A stretch of 62,955 nucleotides of DNA, counting the filler, from Octopus bimaculoides (lineage: Eukaryota), in NCBI RefSeq assembly GCF_001194135.2. It is 4 parts of 4 records of this genome, joined end to end, with 100 filler letters (N's around TTAATTAATTAA, not from the genome) between each part and the next. Parts side by side here need not be neighbours in the genome. Positions count along the whole stretch, not along the records: positions 1 to 31,019 come from NC_068987.1; positions 31,120 to 47,589 come from NC_068983.1; 2 more parts are not named here. One strand, written 5' to 3'. The notes below the pieces were generated by a model. That model saw nothing but the letters and a program-made list of their open reading frames with translations, was not told the DNA's origin and did no database searches. The position numbers and the translations under genes were made by a program. Shown piece after piece: positions 24,961-38,699 of the stretch; the stretch's first letter is position 1; every line of letters begins with the position of its first letter.

Positions 24961-27819
24961 GTATATATATATATATATNNNNNNNNNNNNNNNNNNNNNN
25001 NNNNNNNNNNNNNNNNNNNNNNNNNNNNNNNNNNNNNNNNNNNNNNNNNNNNNNNNNNNNNNNNNNNNNNNNNNNNNNNNNNNNNNNNNNNNNNNNNNNN
25101 NNNNNNNNNNNNNNNNNNNNNNNNNNNNNNNNNNNNNNNNNNNNNNNNNNNNNNNNNNNNNNNNNNNNNNNNNNNNNNNNNNNNNNNNNNNNNNNNNNNN
25201 NNNNNNNNNNNNNNNNNNNNNNNNNNNNNNNNNNNNNNNNNNNNNNNNNNNNNNNNNNNNNNNNNNNNNNNNNNNNNNNNNNNNNNNNNNNNNNNNNNNN
25301 NNNNNNNNNNNNNNNNNNNNNNNNNNNNNNNNNNNNNNNNNNNNNNNNNNNNNNNNNNNNNNNNNNNNNNNNNNNNNNNNNNNNNNNNNNNNNNNNNNNN
25401 NNNNNNNNNNNNNNNNNNNNNNNNNNNNNNNNNNNNNNNNNNNNNNNNNNNNNNNNNNNNNNNNNNNNNNNNNNNNNNNNNNNNNNNNNNNNNNNNNNNN
25501 NNNNNNNNNNNNNNNNNNNNNNNNNNNNNNNNNNNNNNNNNNNNNNNNNNNNNNNNNNNNNNNNNNNNNNNNNNNNNNNNNNNNNNNNNNNNNNNNNNNN
25601 NNNNNNNNNNNNNNNNNNNNNNNNNNNNNNNNNNNNNNNNNNNNNNNNNNNNNNNNNNNNNNNNNNNNNNNNNNNNNNNNNNNNNNNNNNNNNNNNNNNN
25701 NNNNNNNNNNNNNNNNNNNNNNNNNNNNNNNNNNNNNNNNNNNNNNNNNNNNNNNNNNNNNNNNNNNNNNNNNNNNNNNNNNNNNNNNNNNNNNNNNNNN
25801 NNNNNNNNNNNNNNNNNNNNNNNNNNNNNNNNNNNNNNNNNNNNNNNNNNNNNNNNNNNNNNNNNNNNNNNNNNNNNNNNNNNNNNNNNNNNNNNNNNNN
25901 NATTTCAGTACCGGTTTCAGTCATTGAGATATTTTCAATTCTAAGTATGGAAGACAATTACATTTTGGAAAAATTAAATGAAAAGTTTCTTTTGAAGAAT
26001 ATTTGCCTAATATTCACACACACATCCACATATACACGTACGCAAGCACAGATATAGACTGATTAACTGAATCGCTAAAATATAAAGACAAAAAATCAAA
26101 TTGAGGGGAAAGCATCTTTGTTATTTCCAAATTACCCTGATTCAGATACAACTAATAAGACAGCCGTTGCTTTATGTCACAGACAATGAAAGTTAAGTTT
26201 TGGGGATTTCATTCACAAATACACACATTGTTTATTTATTTATTTTTCTTTTTGTCGTTGTTTTGACTTGATTATGTACTGTGGCGGTCAAAAATATTGA
26301 AACTCTCACCACGCAAACGTTTAGAGACACTAAACCTATATTGAGAAACCAGGACTGCATTGTGAGATATTTCCTTGCTTGTAATATGAGCAAGATTGCA
26401 CTGCATATTCCATGAGAATTCGGGAAAATATATCTTGCTATCTCCATTGAAAATGGAGATAGCTTGAAACTTATCCTCTATAGCTAAATCTTTTTAATTT
26501 TGCATTAAATCTAGGAAAACCCACCAGTTTTCTAAGTACCAGTTAGGAATTAACTTCCTAGTGCATGCTATTGGCCTTACATTTCCACGAGCTCTTCACT
26601 AAATACACTCTTTACTTCTTTGAACAACAACATGTTTAATTCTGATCAAATGCTTCAAATACTTCAGTAATCCAATAAACTGGAAAGGTATCTATTCTGA
26701 TTCAGTGATTTTACAATTGCTCTTTCACTACATTGCTTATATAGCATTTATAAGTGACTTCTTGTTAAATGTTAATCCAATACTGCGTATATATGGGAGA
26801 TCTAATGCACTTTAAATTAAACAAATTACTGCTATGGAATTTATTGGTAACAGTAAATGAGAACACTTTTTCGAATGCTGATTAATATGCTTTCCGATTT
26901 TGTTAATTTTCTATCTCATTACATTCAACCTGCTATGCAGTAATACAACTTCACTATTATTTTCCTCATAAATAAGATCAGTTGAATGTATAACGTTATT
27001 ATTAATACATTATAGATACTGTAATTCTAACAATCGCCATTAACTTAAATCGGGAAAATTATTTTTTTCTTTTTTACACAGATAAGAAAATGTTTCTCTG
27101 TGGACAGTTTTAACTTTTAATATAACGCTGTAAGACACAGCTATAGCTTAAATAACAGATTTGAATCAATAGAAACACATTATAAATGCTACACTCCAAA
27201 AGCTAATTTTCGCTACATGAGAGTTCTGTATTACAAATAAATACCTGTTGTGTGCATCACTGTTGCATTAGTAACCATGCTACGAGCGCACACAGAGCCA
27301 CACACACATACACACACACACACATATTAGTGAGTGTGCGTCGCTTTACTTAGGTTGGTATGTAGGATCTACATTGGAGGGTTTCAGTGATTCAGATTCG
27401 CCATACGATTAATCCTACTTAGGTGATCTTCCTACCAGACTTGCAGCATAACTGTTTCAAGAACGTCATCTAACAATATTAGCATTTATCCACTAGATTT
27501 CATGCTATACCCTTGTGCACATTTCGATGACCCTTCCTACTTGTGCTTGCTGATCAAAATGCTAAACCTTTCAAACAACCATATGAACACATAAGAGAAT
27601 CATAATTCGCCCTTCCATTGTAATTAACTTCAAGCACAACGATGGCGACAAAGTGCAATTAAATAGGTAGATTTTAAGTTAGTGCCCCTTATGCTATATT
27701 CCTCGCACTGACTTCACTCCACTGCCAAAAATAGGGGACACCGCTAATATCATGAAGTGTTTATTTTATCGTCTTGTCTTACTTCTCATACTGAAGCCAA
27801 TTCGGGGCACCACCTTCAG

Positions 27820-28260
27820 GGATATAATTCGACAAACGATTCCAGTACGTATTTTTAAGTCTGGTGTTTATTCTATGAGATTTCTTTTGCCGAACGGTTA
27901 AGTTATGGGAATCCAAAGAAACTAAGACCGGCTACCAAGCGTCGGTGCAGGCAGACACAAAGACACACACCCATATCACATATTGGTAGTACGGTATCGA
28001 TCAGACTGTCGCATGTTATACATCGCTGGTCACAATGCCCTTCGCAATTTGTTTTATTCTTCGAATGATGCCAACCTGCTGGCTTGACGAGCAGGCCAAC
28101 ACACACATACACACATGCATATGACGTATTGCTTTTAGTCCTCGTCTACCAAATCCACTCGTAAGGCTTTGCTCGGCCTGAAGCTATAGCGGAAGGCACT
28201 TGCGCAAGTTGCCACAAAACGGGACAGAACCCGAAACCTCACACAACCACGGCTGCGCTG
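27820..28260 (-). mobile_element. SINE family C copy, diverged
   Basis: Reverse-complement matches to both halves of 31151-31650 (CTACCAAATCCACTC..AAGGCTTTG; TTTTGCCGAACGGTTAAGTTA). Confidence 0.7.
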
Positions 28261-28299
28261 AGAGACCGTGTCGAACCAACGTCATTGGATCCAACATAT

Positions 28300-28750
28300 T
28301 TTTTTTTTTGTTAGCATTTTATTTTAATACATTTGTCTTTATTTACTCGACTACCGAACGAGAATTCTATAATTAGCTCCCCTGAATTCTTTACATCTTT
28401 ATATTTTGGTTTGTCAGAAATGTGTTGAAATTATTGTGAAATCAATATCCTCTAACTCTATTTACTGCAATATGTTTATTTAAATTGTCTTTCTCTCGCT
28501 ATTTTTACATTGTCAATAATTGAGTATCTCTTCACATTGGAGAAATATTTGATTTTGTCATGATATTCATTTTTATATAATTGTTTTCATAATTTTTCAT
28601 GGTCGTTATCCTAATAGCTAAAGTTTTTACATCTCATTTTTGTGAGGAGATATTATGAATCTAGCTTTGAGTGTTGTTTTATTTTATTGAAATTTATGAA
28701 TCAATGATATACGCTGCATTAAATTATAATTATTTAATTACTTTATGTTA
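28300..28750 (-). mobile_element. Possible Penelope-like GIY-YIG C-terminal relic
   Basis: Only faint motif order (KTTL..., KIMKTI, SNVKRYSII) in very AT-rich sequence. Confidence 0.2.
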
Positions 28751-29603
28751 AATTTATATACAAATTTGCAATTTATGTTATATTTTATTATTTGTTTATA
28801 TTTTTTAATTAATTTTCTCTCGTTTATATTGATATTCTATATTCGTACATCTTCATAGCAACGTCAAATCTTAGATTATTAAATATCTATCATCCTATTA
28901 ATACTGGAGCTATGTGACCCTAGGAAAGGGTCTATGTAACCTCTCGATCTTTTAGAAATAATAGCCAGATCTCTTTACAATTCCAAATTTATAGCTTAAA
29001 AATGATTTCATTGTGCAATAGTATCTGAATTACATTATGTTTAAAAAATGATGAGATATTCAAGGGTGAATTGTCATTTAATACTTGTCTGTTCTTTCAA
29101 GGATCACTCGAATAGAACAAAATAAATGGAATATTTTGCAAAAAACAAAAAAACAAAAAACGTTTAGTTCTTTTATCCAGTGGCAGTGGCCAAGTCGGCA
29201 CTGAAACACTATGATCATTAACTCGATGTTAAAGTATAAGGAAGTATCAACACATAGATTTTAGACAAAGAGAGTATTTGAGATGTAAAAAATAACACCT
29301 AAATATTCCCCTCACCTCACGATTTCATATGTTCAATGAAAACAAAACATAGCGTAAAGTAATCCTAAAAAGATTATGTCAGACACTACTGAATCAATTG
29401 CAACCCATGACTTTTGAATTTGTGAGCGATTGTTCACGCAGTTTAAATGTTCATATACATACTGTATATAAGTAAATGTGTGTCAAATGGTCCCGCTAAA
29501 TATGAGAGGTCAATGTGTGTATATAAATAATGCTTTCTCAGATACTAAGGCGAAATTCCTCAGACATTTTGGGTTGATAATTTGATAACCATCACGGTCG
29601 TAG

Positions 29604-29650
<47 letters not shown>

Positions 29651-29677
29651 TATATATGTGTGTATGTGTGTGTATAC

Positions 29678-29719
<42 letters not shown>

Positions 29720-30877
29720 GGGAAAAGCGGGGTTGCTGACGAAATTCCAATTCCACCTTTGGAACTGTCGCAAATGTACTCTGTTTTGTAAGATTGTTGT
29801 ATACAAAGACAAGCTGTTTATCTCTGTCGATACATAGAATGTTGGTTAAAAATCTTTACGCATTTTTGCAATATTATTAAAGAAGAAAATAAACAGTTAG
29901 AGCACCAGAAAATTAAAATATTAATTACCAAGTCACGTGTTATATAAATGCAATCTACACTTTCCAATTCCCTGAGGCCCGTATTTGTGATGAATTCATA
30001 GATAGTTAAAAACGGCAATAAAAATGAGAAACAAGCGCACTTCACTCAAAACTTAAATCAGATCTTAATGTTCCCTGTACACTGCCATTCAAGATGCTGT
30101 ATATAAAGTTGACTTGGTTACATCTATCAATACATAGAGTACTGGACGTTCATCTGTAAAGCATAGTGAAGTAGGAAAACTATGTTTCTACTTGAGTAAC
30201 TTTACATAAGACTCACTCTGTAAAAGCGCATAAACGCGCGTGAGCTGTCTCATCCTCTCACAGATCTGAAGATGGCGAACACCTACCCGAAAGAGGTGAA
30301 ATTCAAAGCAGAAAGAGACTAAGTCGATCTAAATAGACCTTCGTGACCAAATTTTGGGACGTCTTTTTAACAATTAAATTTGTTAAGCCTAAGTTCAATT
30401 CGATTCAAATATACACAACGTATATATATATACAGCATATATTTGAGCATTTAATGTAAAAATTCTAATTTCAGACCTATTTCGAAACTTTTGGGTCGTA
30501 CATACACACACACATACATACATACATATATACATACATACATACAAACATACATACATATGTACATACATACATGCATGCATACATACATACATGCATA
30601 CATCTATGCATGTATGCATACTTACATGTGTATGTACATATATATAAACATGTCTGTGTCGCCATATTCTCTTGCATATCCGCTAAATCTGATGAGCGTA
30701 AGGTTACATAATCGGATTAATACCTAACACTCCATTCTATTCCTTGCGCGAAACCGATTAGTAAGATCAACCATGATGGATATATGAGATTATACATTTC
30801 GGAGTATAACTATTTATATATATGTGTGTGTGCGCGCGCGTGTGTGTGTGTGTGTGCGTGTGTGTGTGTGTATTTGT

Positions 30878-31019
30878 AGGTGCAGGAATCGGATTGTTGT
30901 AAGAAGCTTGCTTCCTAACCGCATGGTTCCAGTTTAACTCACTTCTACTATAACCGCGCGCGGAATAGGAGCTTGTGAGTAGGCTTGTGAGGCTTGTAAG
31001 GGCTTGTGAGTAGACGGAA
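30878..31019 (+). mobile_element. SINE family C fragment with local tandem amplification of GGCTTGTGA
   Basis: Head AAGAAGCTTGCTTCCTAACCGCATGGTTCC, then four imperfect GCTTGTGA units ending in AGACGGAA. Confidence 0.6.
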
Positions 31020-31063
31020 NNNNNNNNNNNNNNNNNNNNNNNNNNNNNNNNNNNNNNNNNNNN

Positions 31064-31075
31064 TTAATTAATTAA
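31064..31075. other. Assembly spacer TTAATTAATTAA inside a 100-nt gap (also 47634-47645 and 56937-56948)
   Basis: Identical 12-mer centred between 44-N runs three times; encodes stops in all six frames. Confidence 0.95.
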
Positions 31076-31119
31076 NNNNNNNNNNNNNNNNNNNNNNNNN
31101 NNNNNNNNNNNNNNNNNNN

Positions 31120-31150
<31 letters not shown>

Positions 31151-31370
31151 CGAGTGGCTGTGCAGTAAGTAGCTTGCTTACTAACCACATGGTTCCGGGT
31201 TCAGTCCCATTGCGTAGCACCTTTGGCAAGTGTCTTCTAGTAATAGCCTCGAGCCGACCAAAGCCTTGTGAGTGGATTTGGTAGATGGAAACTGAAAGAA
31301 GCCCGTCGCAAATATGTGTGTGTATGTGTGTGTCTGTATGTATGTATGTGTGTTTGTCTGTGTGTGTGTG

Positions 31371-31414
<44 letters not shown>

Positions 31415-31650
31415 CGCGCGCGTGCGCGCGCGTTTCTGTTCTGTGTTTGTACCCACCAACATTGCTTGACAACCGATGCTGGCGTGCTTACGTCCCCGTA
31501 ACTTAGCGGTTCGGCAAAAGAGACGGATTGATTAATGTACTAGGCTTACAAAGAATAAGTCCAGGGGTCGATTAGCTCGAATAAAGGCGGTGCTCCAGCA
31601 TGGACGCAGTCAAATGACAGAAACAAGTAAAACAATAAAAGAATAAAAGA
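31151..31650 (+). mobile_element. Near full-length SINE family C with an internal (TG)n microsatellite
   Basis: A box GTGGCTGTGCAG, B box GGTTCAGTCCC, CORE-like CACCTTTGGCAAGTGTCTT, 3' body ending AAACAAGTAAAA and an A-rich tail. Confidence 0.9.
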
Positions 31651-31655
31651 AGATA

Positions 31656-31912
31656 TAGTCCTGACCAAAATACTGGAACATAGGTCTGCAAATTACAATA
31701 TATATGTTAAGTGAGGAAAGTTATATTTAATTTGCAATACATCGTTTCTTGGCCAAAAGTTTGGAAACTAGGTCTGAAAATTAGAAACTTTATATTAAAT
31801 GCCCAAACATCCATTTGATTTGCAGTTCAATATATTATTACTACTTACAGTAATATGGTAGGTATAACAATTTTTATTTAGGAAAATCGTTCCCAACTTT
31901 TGGCTAGAATTG
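31656..31912. mobile_element. Tc1/mariner-type MITE with degenerate TIRs, TA flanks and a duplicated left end
   Basis: Left TA|TAGTCCTGACCAAAATACTGGAAC. Right end reverse-complements to TA|CAATTCTAGCCAAAAGTTGGGAAC. An internal second copy TTGGCCAAAAGTTTGGAAACTAGGTCTG lies at ~31749. Confidence 0.65.
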
Positions 31913-32696
31913 TATATATATATATATATATATATANNNNNNNNNNNNNNNNNNNNNNNNNNNNNNNNNNNNNNNNNNNNNNNNNNNNNNNNNNNNNNNN
32001 NNNNNNNNNNNNNNNNNNNNNNNNNNNNNNNNNNNNNNNNNNNNNNNNNNNNNNNNNNNNNNNNNNNNNNNNNNNNNNNNNNNNNNNNNNNNNNNNNNNN
32101 NNNNNNNNNNNNNNNNNNNNNNNNNNNNNNNNNNNNNNNNNNNNNNNNNNNNNNNNNNNNNNNNNNNNNNNNNNNNNNNNNNNNNNNNNNNNNNNNNNNN
32201 NNNNNNNNNNNNNNNNNNNNNNNNNNNNNNNNNNNNNNNNNNNNNNNNNNNNNNNNNNNNNNNNNNNNNNNNNNNNNNNNNNNNNNNNNNNNNNNNNNNN
32301 NNNNNNNNNNNNNNNNNNNNNNNNNNNNNNNNNNNNNNNNNNNNNNNNNNNNNNNNNNNNNNNNNNNNNNNNNNNNNNNNNNNNNNNNNNNNNNNNNNNN
32401 NNNNNNNNNNNNNNNNNNNNNNNNNNNNNNNNNNNNNNNNNNNNNNNNNNNNNNNNNNNNNNNNNNNNNNNNNNNNNNNNNNNNNNNNNNNNNNNNNNNN
32501 NNNNNNNNNNNNNNNNNNNNNNNNNNNNNNNNNNNNNNNNNNNNNNNNNNNNNNNNNNNNNNNNNNNNNNNNNNNNNNNNNNNNNNNNNNNNNNNNNNNN
32601 NNNNNNNNNNNNNNNNNNNNNNNNNNNNNNNNNNNNNNNNNNNNNNNNNNNNNNNNNNNNNNNNNNNNNNNNNNNNNNNNNNNNNNNNNNNNNNNN

Positions 32697-32730
<34 letters not shown>

Positions 32731-32752
32731 CACCCCATTTATTTATATGTAT

Positions 32753-32785
<33 letters not shown>

Positions 32786-32801
32786 AATCCTTCCATATAT
32801 A

Positions 32802-32840
<39 letters not shown>

Positions 32841-33516
32841 TGTGTGCATGCGTGTGTGTGATTGTATTTGTGTGTGATGTGTAAAGTAAATAGAAAATGT
32901 AAGGGGTTTTTGCGGCGAAAGTGAACTTGGATCATTTGATAATCGACATGACTTGCCAGGAGCTTACTTCTGGCTCTATAGTATTCGCCACTCTGTTTGC
33001 ATTATATATTAATCACGCTTGAACTGAAGAGCTCTTTCAATGTTTGTATTTCATATTACTGATATCTGTAGAACTTAAGTGCTGCTTAGATGTCGATGTG
33101 TGCCGTCTGTAATATCTCCTCTAAAGAGCTGTTTAGCTATTTACCTAATGTATCAGCAATGTCTTCACTCAAGAGATACATATATATACCTCGCAGTTTA
33201 TATTACGCATTAGCTGTGTCTAAACTACAACCACAAGTAGGTGCTTTCTATGAGGCGTAATAAATTTCTAAATTGTTGAGTCGTAACCATCCCGGGTAAT
33301 ATTATCTAGAATGATTAAGAGATCAGGTTATGGTTAGGGCTGATAACACTCAGACTTAATGTCAGGTTTGATGATAATTTAGTTCACTTATACCGTTAAT
33401 GCATAACATATTTGCATTATTTTTTTCTTTTTCTACAAAACGATGATTTAGTAAGACATAATTATATAAAACAGTGCAGCAGTGCAGCACTTTCTCTTTC
33501 TTCTCCTCTCTACCCC

Positions 33517-33547
<31 letters not shown>

Positions 33548-33666
33548 AATATATCTCAACTTTCTATCTCAACTATATAAAGTCAGAGAAATATATTAAA
33601 CCGGTTAAGTCGTTAATAATTTCAGAATAAAAAATCTAAGCTAGTCCCATTGCATTCCAATATTCA

Positions 33667-33775
<109 letters not shown>

Positions 33776-33956
33776 NNNNNNNNNNNNNNNNNNNNNNNNN
33801 NNNNNNNNNNNNNNNNNNNNNNNNNNNNNNNNNNNNNNNNNNNNNNNNNNNNNNNNNNNNNNNNNNNNNNNNNNNNNNNNNNNNNNNNNNNNNNNNNNNN
33901 NNNNNNNNNNNNNNNNNNNNNNNNNNNNNNNNNNNNNNNNNNNNNNNNNNNNNNNN

Positions 33957-33989
<33 letters not shown>

Positions 33990-33993
<4 letters not shown>

Positions 33994-34312
33994 TTCTTTT
34001 ATTAGTCACACAGGGCTCAACGAAGATGGGACAAATACAATGTAGAGCTTTTCTTTTTGGGAGGGGGAAGGAAGGGGAAAAAAAGGGGTGGTGTCGATCA
34101 AAAGGGATCGTAGGAAGGGAAAGAGGGGGAGTTCGATCAAAAGGGATCGAAAAAAAAAAAAAAGAAAGGCCGATCAATAGGGATCGTGTATCAGACAGTA
34201 ATGTTCTCGTGTAAAAAGAGGGGAGGACAGTTTAGGTTTAGCCGTGGAAGGAAAAGCCTACGGAAAAGACCACGGTAACCTTGGTCAATAATCTCATTGA
34301 AGAAACTATAAC
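33990..34312 (-). mobile_element. Probable 3' UTR of a non-LTR element embedded in a (GATA)n array
   Basis: The minus strand ends GTGACTAATAAAAGAAATCTATCTATC (polyA-like signal running into ATCT repeats). GATA repeats resume at 34313. Three internal CGATCAAAAGGGATCG-like units. Confidence 0.5.
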
Positions 34313-34354
34313 AGATAGATAGATACATAGATAGATAGATAGATACGTATATAT

Positions 34355-34522
34355 CTATCTTTTTTTGTTTATTTGTTTTACTCATTTAAATGTGGGCATT
34401 CTGGGGAGCTGCTTTGTAAGGTTTTAATCAAAACGTATCTTTTAAGCCTGGTACTTATTCTATTCCAGTCTGTTGCCGAACTGCTAAGTTACGGCGACGC
34501 AGCCACAGAACCACGACTGCGC
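34355..34522 (-). mobile_element. SINE family C, internally deleted copy
   Basis: AAGCCTGGTACTTATTCTATT..TTGCCGAACTGCTAAGTTACG joins directly to the head-like CCACAGAACCACGACTGCGCCT. Confidence 0.65.
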
Positions 34523-34538
34523 CTATATATGTATATAA

Positions 34539-34588
<50 letters not shown>

Positions 34589-37297
34589 GTTTGTGTATGT
34601 GTGTGTGAGTGTGTGTCTGTATATATATATATATATAATATATATATATGTATAATATATATGTATATATGTATGTATATATNNNNNNNNNNNNNNNNNN
34701 NNNNNNNNNNNNNNNNNNNNNNNNNNNNNNNNNNNNNNNNNNNNNNNNNNNNNNNNNNNNNNNNNNNNNNNNNNNNNNNNNNNNNNNNNNNNNNNNNNNN
34801 NNNNNNNNNNNNNNNNNNNNNNNNNNNNNNNNNNNNNNNNNNNNNNNNNNNNNNNNNNNNNNNNNNNNNNNNNNNNNNNNNNNNNNNNNNNNNNNNNNNN
34901 NNNNNNNNNNNNNNNNNNNNNNNNNNNNNNNNNNNNNNNNNNNNNNNNNNNNNNNNNNNNNNNNNNNNNNNNNNNNNNNNNNNNNNNNNNNNNNNNNNNN
35001 NNNNNNNNNNNNNNNNNNNNNNNNNNNNNNNNNNNNNNNNNNNNNNNNNNNNNNNNNNNNNNNNNNNNNNNNNNNNNNNNNNNNNNNNNNNNNNNNNNNN
35101 NNNNNNNNNNNNNNNNNNNNNNNNNNNNNNNNNNNNNNNNNNNNNNNNNNNNNNNNNNNNNNNNNNNNNNNNNNNNNNNNNNNNNNNNNNNNNNNNNNNN
35201 NNNNNNNNNNNNNNNNNNNNNNNNNNNNNNNNNNNNNNNNNNNNNNNNNNNNNNNNNNNNNNNNNNNNNNNNNNNNNNNNNNNNNNNNNNNNNNNNNNNN
35301 NNNNNNNNNNNNNNNNNNNNNNNNNNNNNNNNNNNNNNNNNNNNNNNNNNNNNNNNNNNNNNNNNNNNNNNNNNNNNNNNNNNNNNNNNNNNNNNNNNNN
35401 NNNNNNNNNNNNNNNNNNNNNNNNNNNNNNNNNNNNNNNNNNNNNNNNNNNNNNNNNNNNNNNNNNNNNNNNNNNNNNNNNNNNNNNNNNNNNNNNNNNN
35501 NNNNNNNNNNNNNNNNNNNNNNNNNNNNNNNNNNNNNNNNNNNNNNNNNNNNNNNNNNNNNNNNNNNNNNNNNNNNNNNNNNNNNNNNNNNNNNNNNNNN
35601 NNNNNNNNNNNNNNNNNNNNNNNNNNNNNNNNNNNNNNNNNNNNNNNNNNNNNNNNNNNNNNNNNNNNNTATATATATAAAATATGTACTTCGCACACAT
35701 CTATAGGATTTTAGCATCCAGCACACATATACGAATATACACATATATTTCACTTATATATGCATACATACATTCATACATACATACATGCATGCATACA
35801 TTCATACATACGATAGATATATATAAATACATATACATAGCTAAATAAGCATACACTCATATCTATACATACACACACAAACGCATATGTATATGTGTAT
35901 GCTTGTGCACGTTTAGCTGAATCTCCAACCCGTTGCAAATTTCCAAGTTTAATCTGTTTACACTGCTTGTTCCTCTATTGGCCGTAGTAAATCATGCTCA
36001 TCACACAATCCGAAATTGGCCTTATCCTTGTAACCTAAATCGTCCAATTAATTTAGAAAATATATAAATAATCACCAATATTTAAGAGAAAGAGAAAAAG
36101 GGAAATGAAGAAGACAGAGTGAGAGAGAGATGGAAGAGGAGAACTATTGGATTTGTGGTTGCTATAGCGAGTGTTAAAGATAGCAGCAGTAAATCATATA
36201 GTTTGTGTTTGTGTGTTAGAAATGGCAAATAGCGTTCTATGACTGCTTAGAAGAGCGTTTACAAGTGTCAGTACAGAATATGTCGTTTTTATATGCTGCA
36301 ATCTATGGACGACATAGATCGCACAAATAGTTGGTCAGTAATGCATTATGGGAGATTGCAAGAGATTAAATTATTTTTCAATTTCCCTTAGCAGCTCCTA
36401 AAATTGATCCATCATATTTACCTGATATTAAGAGGAAGTTAATATTTTCCTTTCAAAGATTGTTTTCAATTTCCTTATCTTGGCTTTTAGACCAATTCTT
36501 TTATTGCTTTCAGAAAAATAGTTGTTATTAGAATTTGAAAAGAAAAGTAAGAAGAATCAAGAGCAAACAAAAATATTCCTCAGATAAAATAAGGAAAACC
36601 AAAGCCAAGCGCATCTATATTGTAATCATTTCCTAGTCATGCATAATATTGACTTGGTCACTGCTAAAATATTTTTGATGATGATTCTCCACGATCCGAA
36701 TTTATCAATACACCCACGCCCACCCCCAAAAGAAAAAGCAACGATTGTATCTCATTCCTATGCAGTAGTTTTAATTAATATTTTCGTAAACCTCTTTGAA
36801 TTGTATCTTTAAATCTAAAAATGGTATGTGTCGACGGGTGAGCAATTTGCCTCCTTAACGTAGTTTTTGCTTGTAGCAACTTTACAGACAATCCATGTGC
36901 AGCTGTAGATGATTTCGAAAGCTTTTTATTAAATGGTTATTCCTCATGTTTTTTTTCAATAGCAACCATCATCATGGAAGCTCATTATAAATGGTACTCC
37001 GACCGTGACTATCTTGCCTATTGTGTCAAACATACTATACCAACAACTACATTACTCAGTATATACGTCTTTTTTTTTTTTAAATTCGGTGCCGTTTAAG
37101 GGGAATATGGCTGCTATTTCTTGTAAATTTAGTGAATATTGTATGGTACAAATGGTTACCTCTACACAAAAGGATTATGAAGTAAAACATTCAATTTCAT
37201 ACTTACGCAAAATAGATTGTCGGACAAAATGACATTGTATAACATGATTTTTTATTCGGTAAATTAATAAAAATTAACAATACACAAACACACATTC

Positions 37298-37382
<85 letters not shown>

Positions 37383-37808
37383 CAAGCAAAAATTATACCC
37401 TCCCATGCAGGCACAAATATTACAGACACACATATACACAAAAAAATACATGTATACGCACGCATATATATACATATATATATGTGTGTATGTGTATATA
37501 CATATAAATATACATAAATACATATACATATAAATATATGCATACATATTTATGATAAATATATATATAAATGTATAACATATGTATGTATGTACACACA
37601 CACACTCATACACACACACATAAACATTTATATATACATCTATATAGATATATTTACACACACATGTCCATGGAAGAGCAAATGTTTCAACCAAGATATT
37701 ACTGTTATATGGACACGTACAAACATGTGCATATATGTGTGTGTGTATATATGTATTTATATATATATATATAAATATCAACATACATTTATATATGCAC
37801 GCACAAAT

Positions 37809-37847
<39 letters not shown>

Positions 37848-38699
37848 NNNNNNNNNNNNNNNNNNNNNNNNNNNNNNNNNNNNNNNNNNNNNNNNNNNNN
37901 NNNNNNNNNNNNNNNNNNNNNNNNNNNNNNNNNNNNNNNNNNNNNNNNNNNNNNNNNNNNNNNNNNNNNNNNNNNNNNNNNNNNNNNNNNNNNNNNNNNN
38001 NNNNNNNNNNNNNNNNNNNNNNNNNNNNNNNNNNNNNNNNNNNNNNNNNNNNNNNNNNNNNNNNNNNNNNNNNNNNNNNNNNNNNNNNNNNNNNNNNNNN
38101 NNNNNNNNNNNNNNNNNNNNNNNNNNNNNNNNNNNNNNNNNNNNNNNNNNNNNNNNNNNNNNNNNNNNNNNNNNNNNNNNNNNNNNNNNNNNNNNNNNNN
38201 NNNNNNNNNNNNNNNNNNNNNNNNNNNNNNNNNNNNNNNNNNNNNNNNNNNNNNNNNNNNNNNNNNNNNNNNNNNNNNNNNNNNNNNNNNNNNNNNNNNN
38301 NNNNNNNNNNNNNNNNNNNNNNNNNNNNNNNNNNNNNNNNNNNNNNNNNNNNNNNNNNNNNNNNNNNNNNNNNNNNNNNNNNNNNNNNNNNNNNNNNNNN
38401 NNNNNNNNNNNNNNNNNNNNNNNNNNNNNNNNNNNNNNNNNNNNNNNNNNNNNNNNNNNNNNNNNNNNNNNNNNNNNNNNNNNNNNNNNNNNNNNNNNNN
38501 NNNNNNNNNNNNNNNNNNNNNNNNNNNNNNNNNNNNNNNNNNNNNNNNNNNNNNNNNNNNNNNNNNNNNNNNNNNNNNNNNNNNNNNNNNNNNNNNNNNN
38601 NNNNNNNNNNNNNNNNNNNNNNNNNNNNNNNNNNNNNNNNNNNNNNNNNNNNNNNNNNNNNNNNNNNNNNNNNNNNNNNGACGAGTGGGACAAGTTTTC

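Noticed and set aside
27060-27135. Strong acceptor (TTTTTTACACAG) and a GTAAGA donor enclosing ~48 nt
   Set aside because: All three frames contain stops, and such signals are common in AT-rich DNA.
31064-31075. TTAATTAATTAA repeated three times inside gaps (31064, 47634, 56937)
   Set aside because: Always centred in a 44N+12+44N block and gives stops in six frames, so it is a scaffolding linker rather than biology.
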